A DNA stretch of 64,000 nt from an uncultured archaeon (GCA_964486045.1 CAZALK010000004.1:192001-256000); one strand, 5' to 3'; shown: positions 31,530 through 42,259, counted from the stretch's first letter. Made by a program: numbers and translations. Notes: generated by a model from the letters alone, not told the origin.

Positions 31530-31740
31530 TTTCCTCTTCCTCGATTATTTTTCTTGCGTATCTAACAGTAGCAGATATATCTTCTTTGGATAACTCGGGG
31601 TAAGCATCCATAATCTCCTCAAATGTTTTCCCTGCTTCTAACCATTCAAGAATAATTGAAATTATCATACGAGTTCCTTTTATGCGTGGTTTACCATGGC
31701 ATATTTCAGGATCTATTTCAATTTTCTCCTCAATTACCAT
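31513..31740 (-). CDS. DUF433 antitoxin
   Basis: IDPEICHGKPRIKGTR...YPELSKEDI. Confidence 0.9.
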   Translation of the reverse strand: MVIEEKIEIDPEICHGKPRIKGTRMIISIILEWLEAGKTFEEIMDAYPELSKEDISATVRYARKIIEEEESASIS

Positions 31741-31856
31741 TACTATTATCTCAACATGCTAATTACAAATATAAGAATATACTTCTTCATTAAATAAATG
31801 ATCAAATCTCAATTAATATTTATCTTTCTCAAATTGAATTTGAAAGTAAGTAACCC

Positions 31857-32014
31857 TATATTGCACAAAAGAAATTACTCGGTTTTGCTAAAATCATTCA
31901 ACAACTTAGTTAATCCATACCTTAAATGATTTGCACCACAATAGCCAAGTTATTGAATTGAAGGATTTTACTTTCTTATAAGACTTCATTAAAGATATTT
32001 TTGTATATGAATAA
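31857..32014 (+). pseudogene. Heavily decayed 3' remnant of the longin-like tail
   Basis: YIAQKKLLGFAKIIQ, then after indels NSQVIELKDFTFL*DFIKDIF, matching 4932..5180. Confidence 0.7.
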
Positions 32015-32100
32015 AAGATTGTTTTTACACTTTCTTATTTGGGATAACGTTATGCCTAAGCATTTATCATATTTATATAAAAGAAATTCCCATATTCATT

Positions 32101-32550
32101 ATGGAGAAATTTAATATTGATTTTGGAAAACTGAAAGTTGACCAGTTGGGGTTTGTATTCAAAGATATCGAGAAACAAGCTAAAATTATCGAAGAATTAT
32201 ATGGTCTCTCTAAATTTGTATATTTACCAATAGGAGAAGCCCCAACTGAATATAAGGGCAAGAAATCGAAAACTAAAGCAAAACTAGGGTTTAGCCAATT
32301 AGGCGATACTGAAATTGAATTAATAGAATGGAAAGAGGGTGAAAGTCCATACAAAGAATTTTTGGAACAAGAACGAGAAGGATTCCACCATATAGGAATT
32401 AATGTTGATGATATCGATCCCCACCTTAAGGAATTTAAAGAAAAAGGAATAGAAATTTTATTCTATGGTGAAATTGGCAATAGTAAATTTGCCTATATGG
32501 ATACTGAACAGACATTTGGTATAATAGTAGAATTTATCCAAAGGGGCTAA
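32101..32550 (+). CDS. VOC family protein (methylmalonyl-CoA epimerase/glyoxalase-like)
   Basis: DQLGFV, IELIE, EGFHHIG, IVEFIQ. Confidence 0.85.
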   Translation: MEKFNIDFGKLKVDQLGFVFKDIEKQAKIIEELYGLSKFVYLPIGEAPTEYKGKKSKTKAKLGFSQLGDTEIELIEWKEGESPYKEFLEQEREGFHHIGINVDDIDPHLKEFKEKGIEILFYGEIGNSKFAYMDTEQTFGIIVEFIQRG

Positions 32551-32736
32551 ACCCGGAAGTTTTATCTCACTACTAAATTTTCTTTCGTTTCTGGATGTTT
32601 TAAGTTACAGATTGATAAACTTACTAATGAATTATACAAATACATCCACGGCAACAAAGAAGGAATTTAAAACCCTATTTTTTTTAGTTTCTATTATCTG
32701 ATCTATTTAACAATAGCATTATATGCTAAGAAGCTT

Positions 32737-33174
32737 TTACGTGAAAATTTGTTCCACTTGCTTCAGACTTTTTACATTTTTTTTTAAAGTTGAAGGTAGT
32801 TTTTTTATAGTTTTGTCATCTGCCGTGATAAAAACTTTTTCTAAACCTATACTTAATCCTAGATAGGAGGCATCATAAATTGAAATCTCATGGTCAACAG
32901 CAAATTTTATCATGAGTTTGCGTATCTCCTTTTTAATAGTGATTACTTTAAATCCATAATTCTCTAAACTCTCTCCAGCATCGTTAAGTTCACTTGCATC
33001 AAATAATTGACTATATTTCAATGCATTCAAGACTTCAAAGTATAATAATGATGGAACTATCAACTCAATTTTGCCGTCTATGAACTTATCTCGTAGAAGT
33101 CTTGCTTTATCTGAACCATTTTCTTCTATGAACCACTTAACGACTACACTAGCATCAATAACTATTTCGTTCAT
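32737..33174 (-). CDS. vapC: PIN-domain VapC toxin
   Basis: VIDASVVVKWF, EVLNAL, YDASYL, ITAD. Confidence 0.9.
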   Translation of the reverse strand: MNEIVIDASVVVKWFIEENGSDKARLLRDKFIDGKIELIVPSLLYFEVLNALKYSQLFDASELNDAGESLENYGFKVITIKKEIRKLMIKFAVDHEISIYDASYLGLSIGLEKVFITADDKTIKKLPSTLKKNVKSLKQVEQIFT

Positions 33175-33199
33175 TTAATTTTGCACTCCTAATCTTTTT

Positions 33200-33430
33200 T
33201 TAATGCCTTTCTTCCCTGAATTTACGAATAAGATCCACGCTATTGAAATTTTCAGGAGCCATTTTTCTGATTTTTTCATTTAGCAAAACAGCTTTAGCTC
33301 TATTCATCTCTGTTTCATTCTGAATTTCTGATTTAATAGCTTTCCGAATAACTTCACTCCAGTTAAGGTGCTTAAGCGAATCCATTTTCTTTTTTAATTC
33401 AGGATCTATTCTTACACTTATGTTTGTCAT
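33200..33430 (-). CDS. vapB: RHH antitoxin
   Basis: ISVRID...NWSEVIRKAI. Confidence 0.85.
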   Translation of the reverse strand: MTNISVRIDPELKKKMDSLKHLNWSEVIRKAIKSEIQNETEMNRAKAVLLNEKIRKMAPENFNSVDLIRKFREERH

Positions 33431-33440
33431 TTTGCATCAG

Positions 33441-33463
33441 TATATACATATAATACGTATATA
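33441..33463. promoter_or_regulatory. Inverted repeat TATATAC-N9-GTATATA, candidate TA operator
   Basis: 10 bp upstream of antitoxin start. Confidence 0.45.
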
Positions 33464-33732
33464 AAAATATTACGATTTAAATAAATTTTGTAATGGTATA
33501 TCTTTCGGTCTTGTATCCTTAATAACTGTGAAACATAAAAGCATATTCGACTCATAACTATTTTTTTTGTTATTTTTTTATAAGAATATGAGTTGATTCT
33601 AAACAATCGGTTTGAATTCTCTCATTAGCATCACCAATTCAAATCAAAATTAGAAAATTTATCAAAACAACAATTTATTATAATTTACATGATTCTAAAA
33701 AAATAAAATTACTAATAGGTTTTGAAAAAAAA

Positions 33733-35439
33733 ATGTCATCATCAATTGAAACACTCAGAAAAAATATACAAGAAAAGAATAATATCACTCCCACAACGAG
33801 TTTCGCTGATTTAGTAAAAACTAAAGCAGAGGTAGTCGGCAATAAAGTTTACCTAACATTCATTCGAGATTTTGACAAAGGCATAGATGAAACTTATACA
33901 TACAGCGATATGCATCTGCAATCCAACCGAGTCGCTAACGCTCTATTGAATGCAGGATTGAAAAGAGGAGATGGTATTTCTATCTATCAAATCAACAGTC
34001 CCGAATTTCTGTTTGTATTATTTGGTGCCTGGAAAATTGGAATATATACAGTACTTGTGAATACAGGATTGAAGGGTGATGGACTACAATATATCATAGA
34101 TCATAGTGACAGTAAACTTATTGCAACACATTGGTCTTTAATGGATAATTGTTTAAAGATAAAGGATCAGTTACCAAAAATTGAGCACATTTTAGTAGAC
34201 ATGAATGAAGCCCCTGAAGATTTTACATTACCTGATGGGGTAACATCTCTTCAAGAATTTATGGATGCATCTGATGAGGATACTAATGTTAAAATAGATC
34301 CGAAGGATATGGCTACTCTAATCTATACTTCAGGAACAACAGGACTCCCTAAAGCCACCACTTTCTTTCATAGAGGCATGTATGGAATTGCTTTCATTGG
34401 AGTAATGATATGGGCTTCTAGAATAGCACAACCTGGCTTTAAACTTTATACTTGCTTACCTTTATTTCATGGAAATGCACTACAATTATGCGCTATGCCC
34501 GGGTATTATGGCGAAGTTCCTGTCGTGCTATCTAAACGATTTTCAGCCTCACGGCTTTGGGATATAGTACGAAAATATGAGGTTACCACCTTTAACGTTT
34601 TAGGTTCAATGCCACAATATTTAATGAAACAACCACCTCGTCCAAATGATAAAGGCCATAAAGTTCAATTTGTTGGCTCTGCTGCAGCTCCAAAAGAATT
34701 GGTGAGAGATTTTGAGGAGAGGTTTGGACTAAAATTATGGGAAGGATACGGCGCAGTAGATGGTGGGGGTTTCAGTTTGGGAGCCCAAGGAGACCCAAAT
34801 GCCCCCGTAGGTTCTATGGGAAAAGTACAAGGAGGTACTATTGGCGAAATTATGGATGACGATTTAAATATTTTAGGACCTGATGAGGTTGGGGAATTAG
34901 TCTTTCTAGTTAAGGAAGCCGAAAAAGATCAACGAAAAGTATCCTATTACAAGAATCCAGAAGCATCGGCAGCACGAATTCAAAAAGCTTCTGATGGTAG
35001 GTTTTGGTTTCTCACCGGTGATTTAGCTACTAGAGATGATAATGGTTGGTATTTCTTTGTAGATCGAAAGAAAGATTCAATCCGTCGACGTGGTGAAAAT
35101 ATCGCTGCATGGTCTATTGAACGAGCTATTAATCTACACGATAAAGTACTGGAATCTGCCGCTTATGGTATTAAAGGACATCAAGTTGGAGAAGATTATG
35201 CTGAAGACGAAGTTATGGTTGCTGTAGTATTACAACCAAATCAAACAATGGAAGCTGAAGAATTATTGGATTATCTTCAAGATAAGCTTGCTTATTTTCA
35301 AATACCTCGCTTCATAGATTTTGTTGATGAGTTGCCAAAGTCGAAAGTTCATAGAATAATGAAAAGATTCCTAAAAGAACATGGTGTAACACAAACAACC
35401 TACGACCGAGAAAAGGCAGGTTATGAGGTAAAGAGATAA
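33733..35439 (+). CDS. AMP-forming acyl-CoA synthetase (CaiC-like)
   Basis: YTSGTTGLPK, LPLFHGNA, EGYG, TGD, DRKKDSIRRRGEN. Confidence 0.9.
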   Translation: MSSSIETLRKNIQEKNNITPTTSFADLVKTKAEVVGNKVYLTFIRDFDKGIDETYTYSDMHLQSNRVANALLNAGLKRGDGISIYQINSPEFLFVLFGAWKIGIYTVLVNTGLKGDGLQYIIDHSDSKLIATHWSLMDNCLKIKDQLPKIEHILVDMNEAPEDFTLPDGVTSLQEFMDASDEDTNVKIDPKDMATLIYTSGTTGLPKATTFFHRGMYGIAFIGVMIWASRIAQPGFKLYTCLPLFHGNALQLCAMPGYYGEVPVVLSKRFSASRLWDIVRKYEVTTFNVLGSMPQYLMKQPPRPNDKGHKVQFVGSAAAPKELVRDFEERFGLKLWEGYGAVDGGGFSLGAQGDPNAPVGSMGKVQGGTIGEIMDDDLNILGPDEVGELVFLVKEAEKDQRKVSYYKNPEASAARIQKASDGRFWFLTGDLATRDDNGWYFFVDRKKDSIRRRGENIAAWSIERAINLHDKVLESAAYGIKGHQVGEDYAEDEVMVAVVLQPNQTMEAEELLDYLQDKLAYFQIPRFIDFVDELPKSKVHRIMKRFLKEHGVTQTTYDREKAGYEVKR

Positions 35440-35551
35440 GATCATATTTTTTTTTCCTTTTTCTTCTGATCTCATTTTATCTAATTGTATCAACAATTTA
35501 TTAAACTTTATACAATTTTACAAACTAAAATTACAAATTGATTGAAGAATT

Positions 35552-37258
35552 ATGGGGATGTCGTTTGAGTCAATTAGGAAGTTTCTAGTTGAGAAGAATA
35601 AGATAACTCCTACATCTACTTTCGCTGATCTCGTAAAAAATAAAGCGGAAACAGTAGGAGATAAAGTTTTCATGACCTATATTAGGGATTTTGACAAAGG
35701 CATTGATGAAAAATACACATATCGAGACATGCATATAATGTCCAATCGATTAGCGAATGGATTTTTAAAGCTGGGGCTACAGCGAGGGGATGGGGTTTCT
35801 ATAGTCCAAATTAATAGTCCTGAATTTCTTTTTGCGCTGTTTGGTGCGTATAAAATTGGGAATTACGTAGTGTTAGTAAATACGGGTTTGAAAGGTGATG
35901 GCCTGCAATATATCATTGATCATTCAGACAGTAAAACTCTCGTAATACACTGGACGTTATTAGACAACTATCTAAATATTAAAGACCAATTACCAAAGAT
36001 CAAGTGTGTCATTGTAGATATAAATGAAGCTCCACCTGATTATAAACTGTCTGATGGTATATTATCACTTCAAAGTGTGATGGAGGCATCAGAGGATGAT
36101 GTAAACGTAGAGATAAAACCAGATGATATGTCAATGTTAATGTATACATCTGGGACTACAGGATTACCAAAAGCCACAACTTCTTTTTTTAGGGGTATGA
36201 TTGGATATGCTCTTCTTGGATCAGCATATTTTGCATACGGTCTGGGACGACCTGGGGACACTTTCTTTACATGCTTACCTCTATTCCATGGAAATGCACT
36301 GGGATTAACAACAATGCCGGCATACACAGCAGAATTTCCCCTTGTGTTAGGTAAAAGATTTTCAGCCTCAAGATTCTGGGATATAATACGAAAATACGGA
36401 GTTACGAACTACAACTTACTCGGTTCGATGCCACAGTATTTAATGAAGCAGCCAGAGCGCCCAAATGATAAAGATCATAAAGTTTGGCGTGTTAATTCAG
36501 CAGCCTGCCCAAAAGAACTCGTAAGAGCTTTTGAAGAGAGATTTGGCTTAAAATTGTATGAAGGATATGGTGCAGTTGATGGGGGTGGTTTTAGCTTAGG
36601 CACAGGAGGTTCTCCGGATGCTCCAGTAGGCTCGATGGGAAGGCCACCTGAAGGAGTTACTGCTGAAATAATGGATGATGATATGAAAATTTTAGGTGCA
36701 GATGTAGTAGGAGAATTAGTCTTCCTTATTAAAGAAGAGGAAAAGGCAACGAGAAAGGTATCTTATTATAAGAATCCCGAAGCATCTGCAGCACGTACTA
36801 AAGTGGCACCGGATGGTAGGTCGTGGTTCCTTTCGGGGGATTTAGCAACTAAAGATGAGAATGGATGGTTCTTTTTTGTAGATCGGAAAAAGGATTCGAT
36901 TAGACGAAGGGGGGAAAATATGTCTGCTTGGAGTATTGAAAGAGTAATTAATGCTCACGATAAAGTACTTGAATCCGCAGCGTATGGTATTAAAGGGCCT
37001 CAAGTAGGAGAAGACTATGCTGAAGATGAAGTAATGGCTGCTGTGATTTTAAAACCCGGTAAAACAATGACAGCTGAGGAATTATTAGATTTTATAAAAG
37101 ATAAGCTAGCATACTTTCAAGTTCCTCGATTCATTGATATTCTAGATGAACTCCCAAAAAGCAAAGTCCATAGGATAATGAAAAGATTCCTAAAAGATCG
37201 CGGTGTAACTGAAACAACCTATGATCGTGAAAAAACGGGTTATGAGATAAAAAGATAG
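35552..37258 (+). CDS. AMP-forming acyl-CoA synthetase (CaiC-like), tandem paralogue
   Basis: Same motifs, same length. Confidence 0.9.
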   Translation: MGMSFESIRKFLVEKNKITPTSTFADLVKNKAETVGDKVFMTYIRDFDKGIDEKYTYRDMHIMSNRLANGFLKLGLQRGDGVSIVQINSPEFLFALFGAYKIGNYVVLVNTGLKGDGLQYIIDHSDSKTLVIHWTLLDNYLNIKDQLPKIKCVIVDINEAPPDYKLSDGILSLQSVMEASEDDVNVEIKPDDMSMLMYTSGTTGLPKATTSFFRGMIGYALLGSAYFAYGLGRPGDTFFTCLPLFHGNALGLTTMPAYTAEFPLVLGKRFSASRFWDIIRKYGVTNYNLLGSMPQYLMKQPERPNDKDHKVWRVNSAACPKELVRAFEERFGLKLYEGYGAVDGGGFSLGTGGSPDAPVGSMGRPPEGVTAEIMDDDMKILGADVVGELVFLIKEEEKATRKVSYYKNPEASAARTKVAPDGRSWFLSGDLATKDENGWFFFVDRKKDSIRRRGENMSAWSIERVINAHDKVLESAAYGIKGPQVGEDYAEDEVMAAVILKPGKTMTAEELLDFIKDKLAYFQVPRFIDILDELPKSKVHRIMKRFLKDRGVTETTYDREKTGYEIKR

Positions 37259-37436
37259 AGATAACTGATTTGTTATTTTTTTTATTTTTAGAATTTTTAG
37301 TTTAATCCAAAGAGTTTTTCTGGACCTGAAAACAACAAAAAGAATTGTTTATACTAATTTTATATGTGTTTTATTGAAACAAAAAGCCTAAAAATAATAT
37401 AAGTTTATAGAAACCTACTTACTGAGTCTAGAATAT

Positions 37437-38873
37437 ATGATGACAAAGCCAAATATTATCTTGATCTTTCCCGATCAGCATAGAGGAGATGTAATGGGTT
37501 GTATGGGAGATCCAGTAGTTATTACACCAAACCTTGATAAACTTGCAACTGAAGGTGTTGTATTCACTCAATGTTTCACCAATTCTCCATTATGCATTCC
37601 AGCTCGGGCTACACTGATGACAGGGAAATATGTTAGTGATCATGGAGTGATTAATAATAATATAGAGGCTAGTAGCTCAAGTTAGAGTCATGTAAGAAAT
37701 ATTAAAGATGCGGGGTACCATACTGCTGTAATTGGAAAAACCCATTTATATGTCCATGGAGGAAATTCAGAAGAAACTCATACCAATGAAAAGATTGATG
37801 TAATAAAGGAATGGGGTTTTGATGACATTCACGAAATTACCGGCCCAATAGCGTCTATTAGACTTGATTCACCTTATACAGATTATTTAAAAGAAAAAGG
37901 TTTACTAGAAGATCATCGAAAATATCTAAGAGACTATTATGCAGAATGGACTCGTGGTGAAGCAAAACCGTGGAAATTACCCCCCTCTCCTCTCCCATCA
38001 GAAGATCTATTAGATAGTTACACAGGTCAAAAAGCTGTAGAGTGGATACATGATTACGATGGCGAAAAACCTTTTTATCTTCAAATCTGCTTCCCAGGAC
38101 CTCATGATCCATTTGATTCACCTCAAGAATATCGAGATTTGTATGATTCAGAAGAAATGCCTGAAGGAATTTTAGAAATGCCAAAAAAACCATATCCGGG
38201 TAATATCAATTTTGTATTGAACTGGAGTGGGCTTGACGGGATGACATCAGCTCAAAATCAGATAATGAAAACTTTCTATTATGGGAAGATAACTTTAATT
38301 GATGAATGGATCGGGAAAATCGTGAGTGTTTTAGAAGAAAAGGAGTTATTAGATAATACATTGATTATATATACTTCTGATCATGGTGAAATGCTGGGAG
38401 ATCACATGATGAGTCATAAAATTGTATTTTATGAAGGAGCCTTAAGGATTCCACTCATCGTTAGACCACCAGGGGGTACTAATGGGTGGTGTTGTAATGG
38501 ACTCACTGATCAAATCGATATTGCGGTTTCTTTAATTGATACTGCTAATGCAAAACCATTAGAAGATTGCGATGGTAGATCATTGATTCCTCAAATTTTA
38601 GCTGGATCTGAAGATACACATGCACAACAAGGAAAAGATGTTATTTTTAGTCAAGTTCTTCAATATACTATGATCAGGAATGAACAATATAAATTGGTTG
38701 TAAGATCCCATAATCTAGAACCTGTAGAATTTTATGATCTCAAAAAGGATCCGAAAGAATTAGAAAATAAGGTTAAAGATCCATCACTAAGCGATCTTAG
38801 ACAAAAATTAATTGATAAGCATTTAACAATACTACTTGAACCTTCTAGAATGAAAATACCACCTAAATTGTAA
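37437..38873 (+). pseudogene. Sulfatase interrupted by one in-frame TAG (pseudogene, sequencing error or readthrough)
   Basis: PNIILIFPDQHR and CIPAR signature; after TAG 37683-37685 the frame stays open through GYHTAVIGKTH, GPHDP and TSDHGEMLGDH. Confidence 0.85.
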
Positions 38874-38878
38874 ATTTA

Positions 38879-39397
38879 ATGGTTAAAATGAATGATATTG
38901 ATGTTAGAAAAAAAAGCCCATTCACCATTGTTTCTTCGATATTAGTGTCAGAAAAATTGCTCCCCTCCAAAACAATTAAAGGAGAATATTTAGAAACTTA
39001 TGCCATCACCCCTACAATCATAATAGATAAAATAGATATTCGAAATAAGAAGGATATATTCGAGTTTGCATCAAGAAAAAAAATTTCTGATCAAATATTC
39101 GTACTAGCTCGAATGTATCTTTATGTGGATAACACAAATAATCACATATCATTCTATTTTGATGGTTTTCCTTGGTCTTATCTCTTAGAAAATGTTAATG
39201 AAGAAACCATCAAAAAGATAGATAGAATCTATGAGGAAGATCAAATCGCTGACTGTATCGAAGATAATTATCACCAAATCCAAGATCAACTCTCAAGAAT
39301 GACTGAAATACTCTTAAATGCTGGACATTCACTTACCTGTACTTTAAGATGGGCTGCAATCGAGAAATTGAATCCTCAAAACAGGATTGTAAACTAA
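38879..39397 (+). CDS. Hypothetical protein
   Basis: 172-aa ORF filling the gap; no motif recognised. Confidence 0.55.
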   Translation: MVKMNDIDVRKKSPFTIVSSILVSEKLLPSKTIKGEYLETYAITPTIIIDKIDIRNKKDIFEFASRKKISDQIFVLARMYLYVDNTNNHISFYFDGFPWSYLLENVNEETIKKIDRIYEEDQIADCIEDNYHQIQDQLSRMTEILLNAGHSLTCTLRWAAIEKLNPQNRIVN

Positions 39398-39556
39398 ATC
39401 CAATCATAGAAACTTCTTTTTCTATACTTACATAATAGCAAATTATCGAAAATTACAAAGATAAATTTCAATTAATTACTTTTTTATTATTTCTTTCTTT
39501 AAGTTAGTGTATTAGATCTCAAAAAGAAGATATAAATTGATTAAGAGGGTAGAAAA

Positions 39557-41221
39557 ATGTCAGATTTTAAAATAACAGAAACAACCACATTTAATGAAGT
39601 GGTAAAAAATAAAGCTGAAACTATAGGAGACAAGGTTTTTTTAACATATATTCGTGATTTTGATAAGAATCTCGATGAAACTTTCAATTATCGCGATATG
39701 CATTTATATTCAAATAAGGTAGCAAACGGACTATCAAAATTGGGATTGAAAGCAGGAACTGGGCTTTCACTGATGGAAATAAATTCTCCTGAATTTTTAT
39801 TTGTTCTGTTTGCGACATGGAAACTAGGGGGGTATGCGGTGTTAATTAATACTGCCTTAAAAGGCTTAACGTTACAGTATATTATTGATCATAGTGATTC
39901 AGAAGTACTAGTTATACATTGGAGCATGATTGATTCTTACTTAGACATTAAGGATGAATTACCTAAAGTTAAGCATGTTATTGTAGATATTAATGAAGCA
40001 CCAGCAGATTTTAAGCTTCCTCATGGGATGAATTCGCTTCAAAAACTAATGGAATCACCTGATGATGATATCGATGCTGAAGTTGACTTTGAAGAAAAGA
40101 GTTATCTTATGTATACTTCGGGAACTACTGGACCCCCCAAGGCCACTACCTTTTTTTACAAAAAGACCGTTGCTGGTAATGCTTTAAATAACGCTTCTGG
40201 TTTAATAACATTATTTTTAGGGAAGGAAGATCAGGTTATGTTCACTTGTTTACCTTTATTTCACGGAAACGCTCTTCAAATAACAACAGTTCCAGGATAT
40301 CTGACAGAAAATCCCGTGATTCTTTCTAAAAGATTTAGTGCAAGTCGACTTTGGGATATATGCAGAAAATATAATGTTACATCCTTTAACCTATTAGGAG
40401 CGATGCCACAATTTATATTAAAACAACCAGAACGTGCTAATGATGGGGAAAACAAAGTTAAGTTAATTATTTCAGCAGCGTGCCCCAAAGAATTAGTGAT
40501 ACCATTTGAGAAGCGTTTTAATGTTGAGATTAAAGAATTTTATGGTGCTGTTGATGGAGGTGGCTATTTTCTTGGCCCATTTTTCCAAACGAATGTTCCT
40601 GTAGGCTCAATGGGTAAAACTCTAGGAAGTACCAAAGCAGGTATTATGGATGATGAAGGAAACCTATTAGGACCTGATGACGTAGGAGAACTTGTTTTCT
40701 TAGTCAAGAAGGGAGAGTTAGAAATGAGGAAAGTTACCTATTATAAGGATGAAACTTCAACTAATAATAAAATTCGAGTAGCTAAAGATGGAAACTTATG
40801 GCTTCATACAGGAGATCTAGCTACACAGGATGCCGATGGCTGGTTTTATTTTGTAGATAGAAAAAAGGATTCTATTAGGCGGAGAGGTGAGAATATTTCA
40901 CCATGGTCAGTAGAGCGTGTAATAAATCAAAATGACAAGGTGTTAGAGTCTGCTGCTTATGCGGTCCAACCTTCTGGGGTAGTAGAAGATGAGGTAATGG
41001 TTTCAGTCGTATTAAAACCTGGTGAATCAATGATGCCAGAAGAATTACTTGATTATTGTCAAGGTAAGATGGCTTATTTTATGGTACCACGATTCATAGA
41101 TTTCATTGATGAATTACCTAAAAGTAAAGTTCATAGAACCCTGAAACAAATTCTTAGAGATCGTGGAGTAACTGAAGCAACCTACGATAGAGAAAAAACA
41201 GGTTATGAAGTAAAAAAATAA
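39557..41221 (+). CDS. AMP-forming acyl-CoA synthetase (CaiC-like), third paralogue
   Basis: YTSGTTGPPK, HTGD, RRRGEN. Confidence 0.9.
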   Translation: MSDFKITETTTFNEVVKNKAETIGDKVFLTYIRDFDKNLDETFNYRDMHLYSNKVANGLSKLGLKAGTGLSLMEINSPEFLFVLFATWKLGGYAVLINTALKGLTLQYIIDHSDSEVLVIHWSMIDSYLDIKDELPKVKHVIVDINEAPADFKLPHGMNSLQKLMESPDDDIDAEVDFEEKSYLMYTSGTTGPPKATTFFYKKTVAGNALNNASGLITLFLGKEDQVMFTCLPLFHGNALQITTVPGYLTENPVILSKRFSASRLWDICRKYNVTSFNLLGAMPQFILKQPERANDGENKVKLIISAACPKELVIPFEKRFNVEIKEFYGAVDGGGYFLGPFFQTNVPVGSMGKTLGSTKAGIMDDEGNLLGPDDVGELVFLVKKGELEMRKVTYYKDETSTNNKIRVAKDGNLWLHTGDLATQDADGWFYFVDRKKDSIRRRGENISPWSVERVINQNDKVLESAAYAVQPSGVVEDEVMVSVVLKPGESMMPEELLDYCQGKMAYFMVPRFIDFIDELPKSKVHRTLKQILRDRGVTEATYDREKTGYEVKK

Positions 41222-41379
41222 ATTACATCACTTTTTTTCGATTTTTTTTCCAATTTCGCATTTAAAATTCAGAAAAACTTATTCAACTTAAAAAAGTAGA
41301 TCATTCAAGAATTTCAAAATCAAAACAGTTTTATTAGTTTCAACTTTGTTCTAAACAATTAAATTAATGGTAATGAATT

Positions 41380-42231
41380 ATGGAAACTTATAAATTTATT
41401 ATAGTTGATCAACCTGGGAAATATATAAATCGCATTACTCTAAACCGACCCGAAAAGCGTAATGCTTTAAATAATCAACTTAGAGGAGAAATTTTTAACG
41501 CTCTTGAAAAATCAGAGATGGATCAAGATATCCGAGTAACAATAATTAGGGGAGCTGGTACTTGTTTCTCAGCAGGATATGATCTTAACTCCGATACAAG
41601 AAAGGATCGTCCTTGGTTTACATCACCGGAACTTGGAGTCAGAACTTTTTCGTGGGCTCGACATGTTACCGAAGGATGGTTTAGGATGTGGGATATGGCT
41701 AAACCAATTATAGCACAAGTTCATGGTTACTGTTTAGCAGGTGGAAGTGAATTAGCAACAGCTTGTGATTTAGTATATGTTGCAGATGACGCCCAAATTG
41801 GATATCCTGCTGTCAGATCGATCTCCCCCCCAGATTTACAATATATGGTATGGTTAATGGGTTTGAGAGGAGCAATGGAGTTCATGTTAACAGGGTCTTC
41901 TCTTAGCGGAAGAGAAGCAGCACGTTTAGGCTATGCGAATCGTTCATATCCAGAAAAAGATTTGGAGGAAAAAGTTCTAGAGATAGCTAAAAGTGTTTCC
42001 ACTATCCCTCCTGACTTACAAATACTTAATAAAAGAAGTGTACATCAAGGTATGGAGATTATGGGTATTCGGACTGCTCTCCGTGCAGGTCACCCTTACG
42101 TTTCTTTAGCATGGTACACAAAATCTAATGCAGAATTTTTCAAACAAATGTATTCTGGTGGGGGTTTGAATAAAGCCCTTTCTGACCGCGATGGCAAATG
42201 GGGAGATTATAGAACTAAGAAAAAAGAATAG
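41380..42231 (+). CDS. Crotonase / enoyl-CoA hydratase family
   Basis: NRPEKRNAL, FSAGYDL, AGGSE; second catalytic Glu appears replaced (GYPA). Confidence 0.88.
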   Translation: METYKFIIVDQPGKYINRITLNRPEKRNALNNQLRGEIFNALEKSEMDQDIRVTIIRGAGTCFSAGYDLNSDTRKDRPWFTSPELGVRTFSWARHVTEGWFRMWDMAKPIIAQVHGYCLAGGSELATACDLVYVADDAQIGYPAVRSISPPDLQYMVWLMGLRGAMEFMLTGSSLSGREAARLGYANRSYPEKDLEEKVLEIAKSVSTIPPDLQILNKRSVHQGMEIMGIRTALRAGHPYVSLAWYTKSNAEFFKQMYSGGGLNKALSDRDGKWGDYRTKKKE

Positions 42232-42259
42232 TTGTTGATCGCGTGTAAAACTCAGTTGC

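Noticed and set aside
33547-33596. Imperfect inverted repeat TCGACTCATA...TATGAGTTGA around a T-rich spacer
   Set aside because: Only one instance seen; no supporting context
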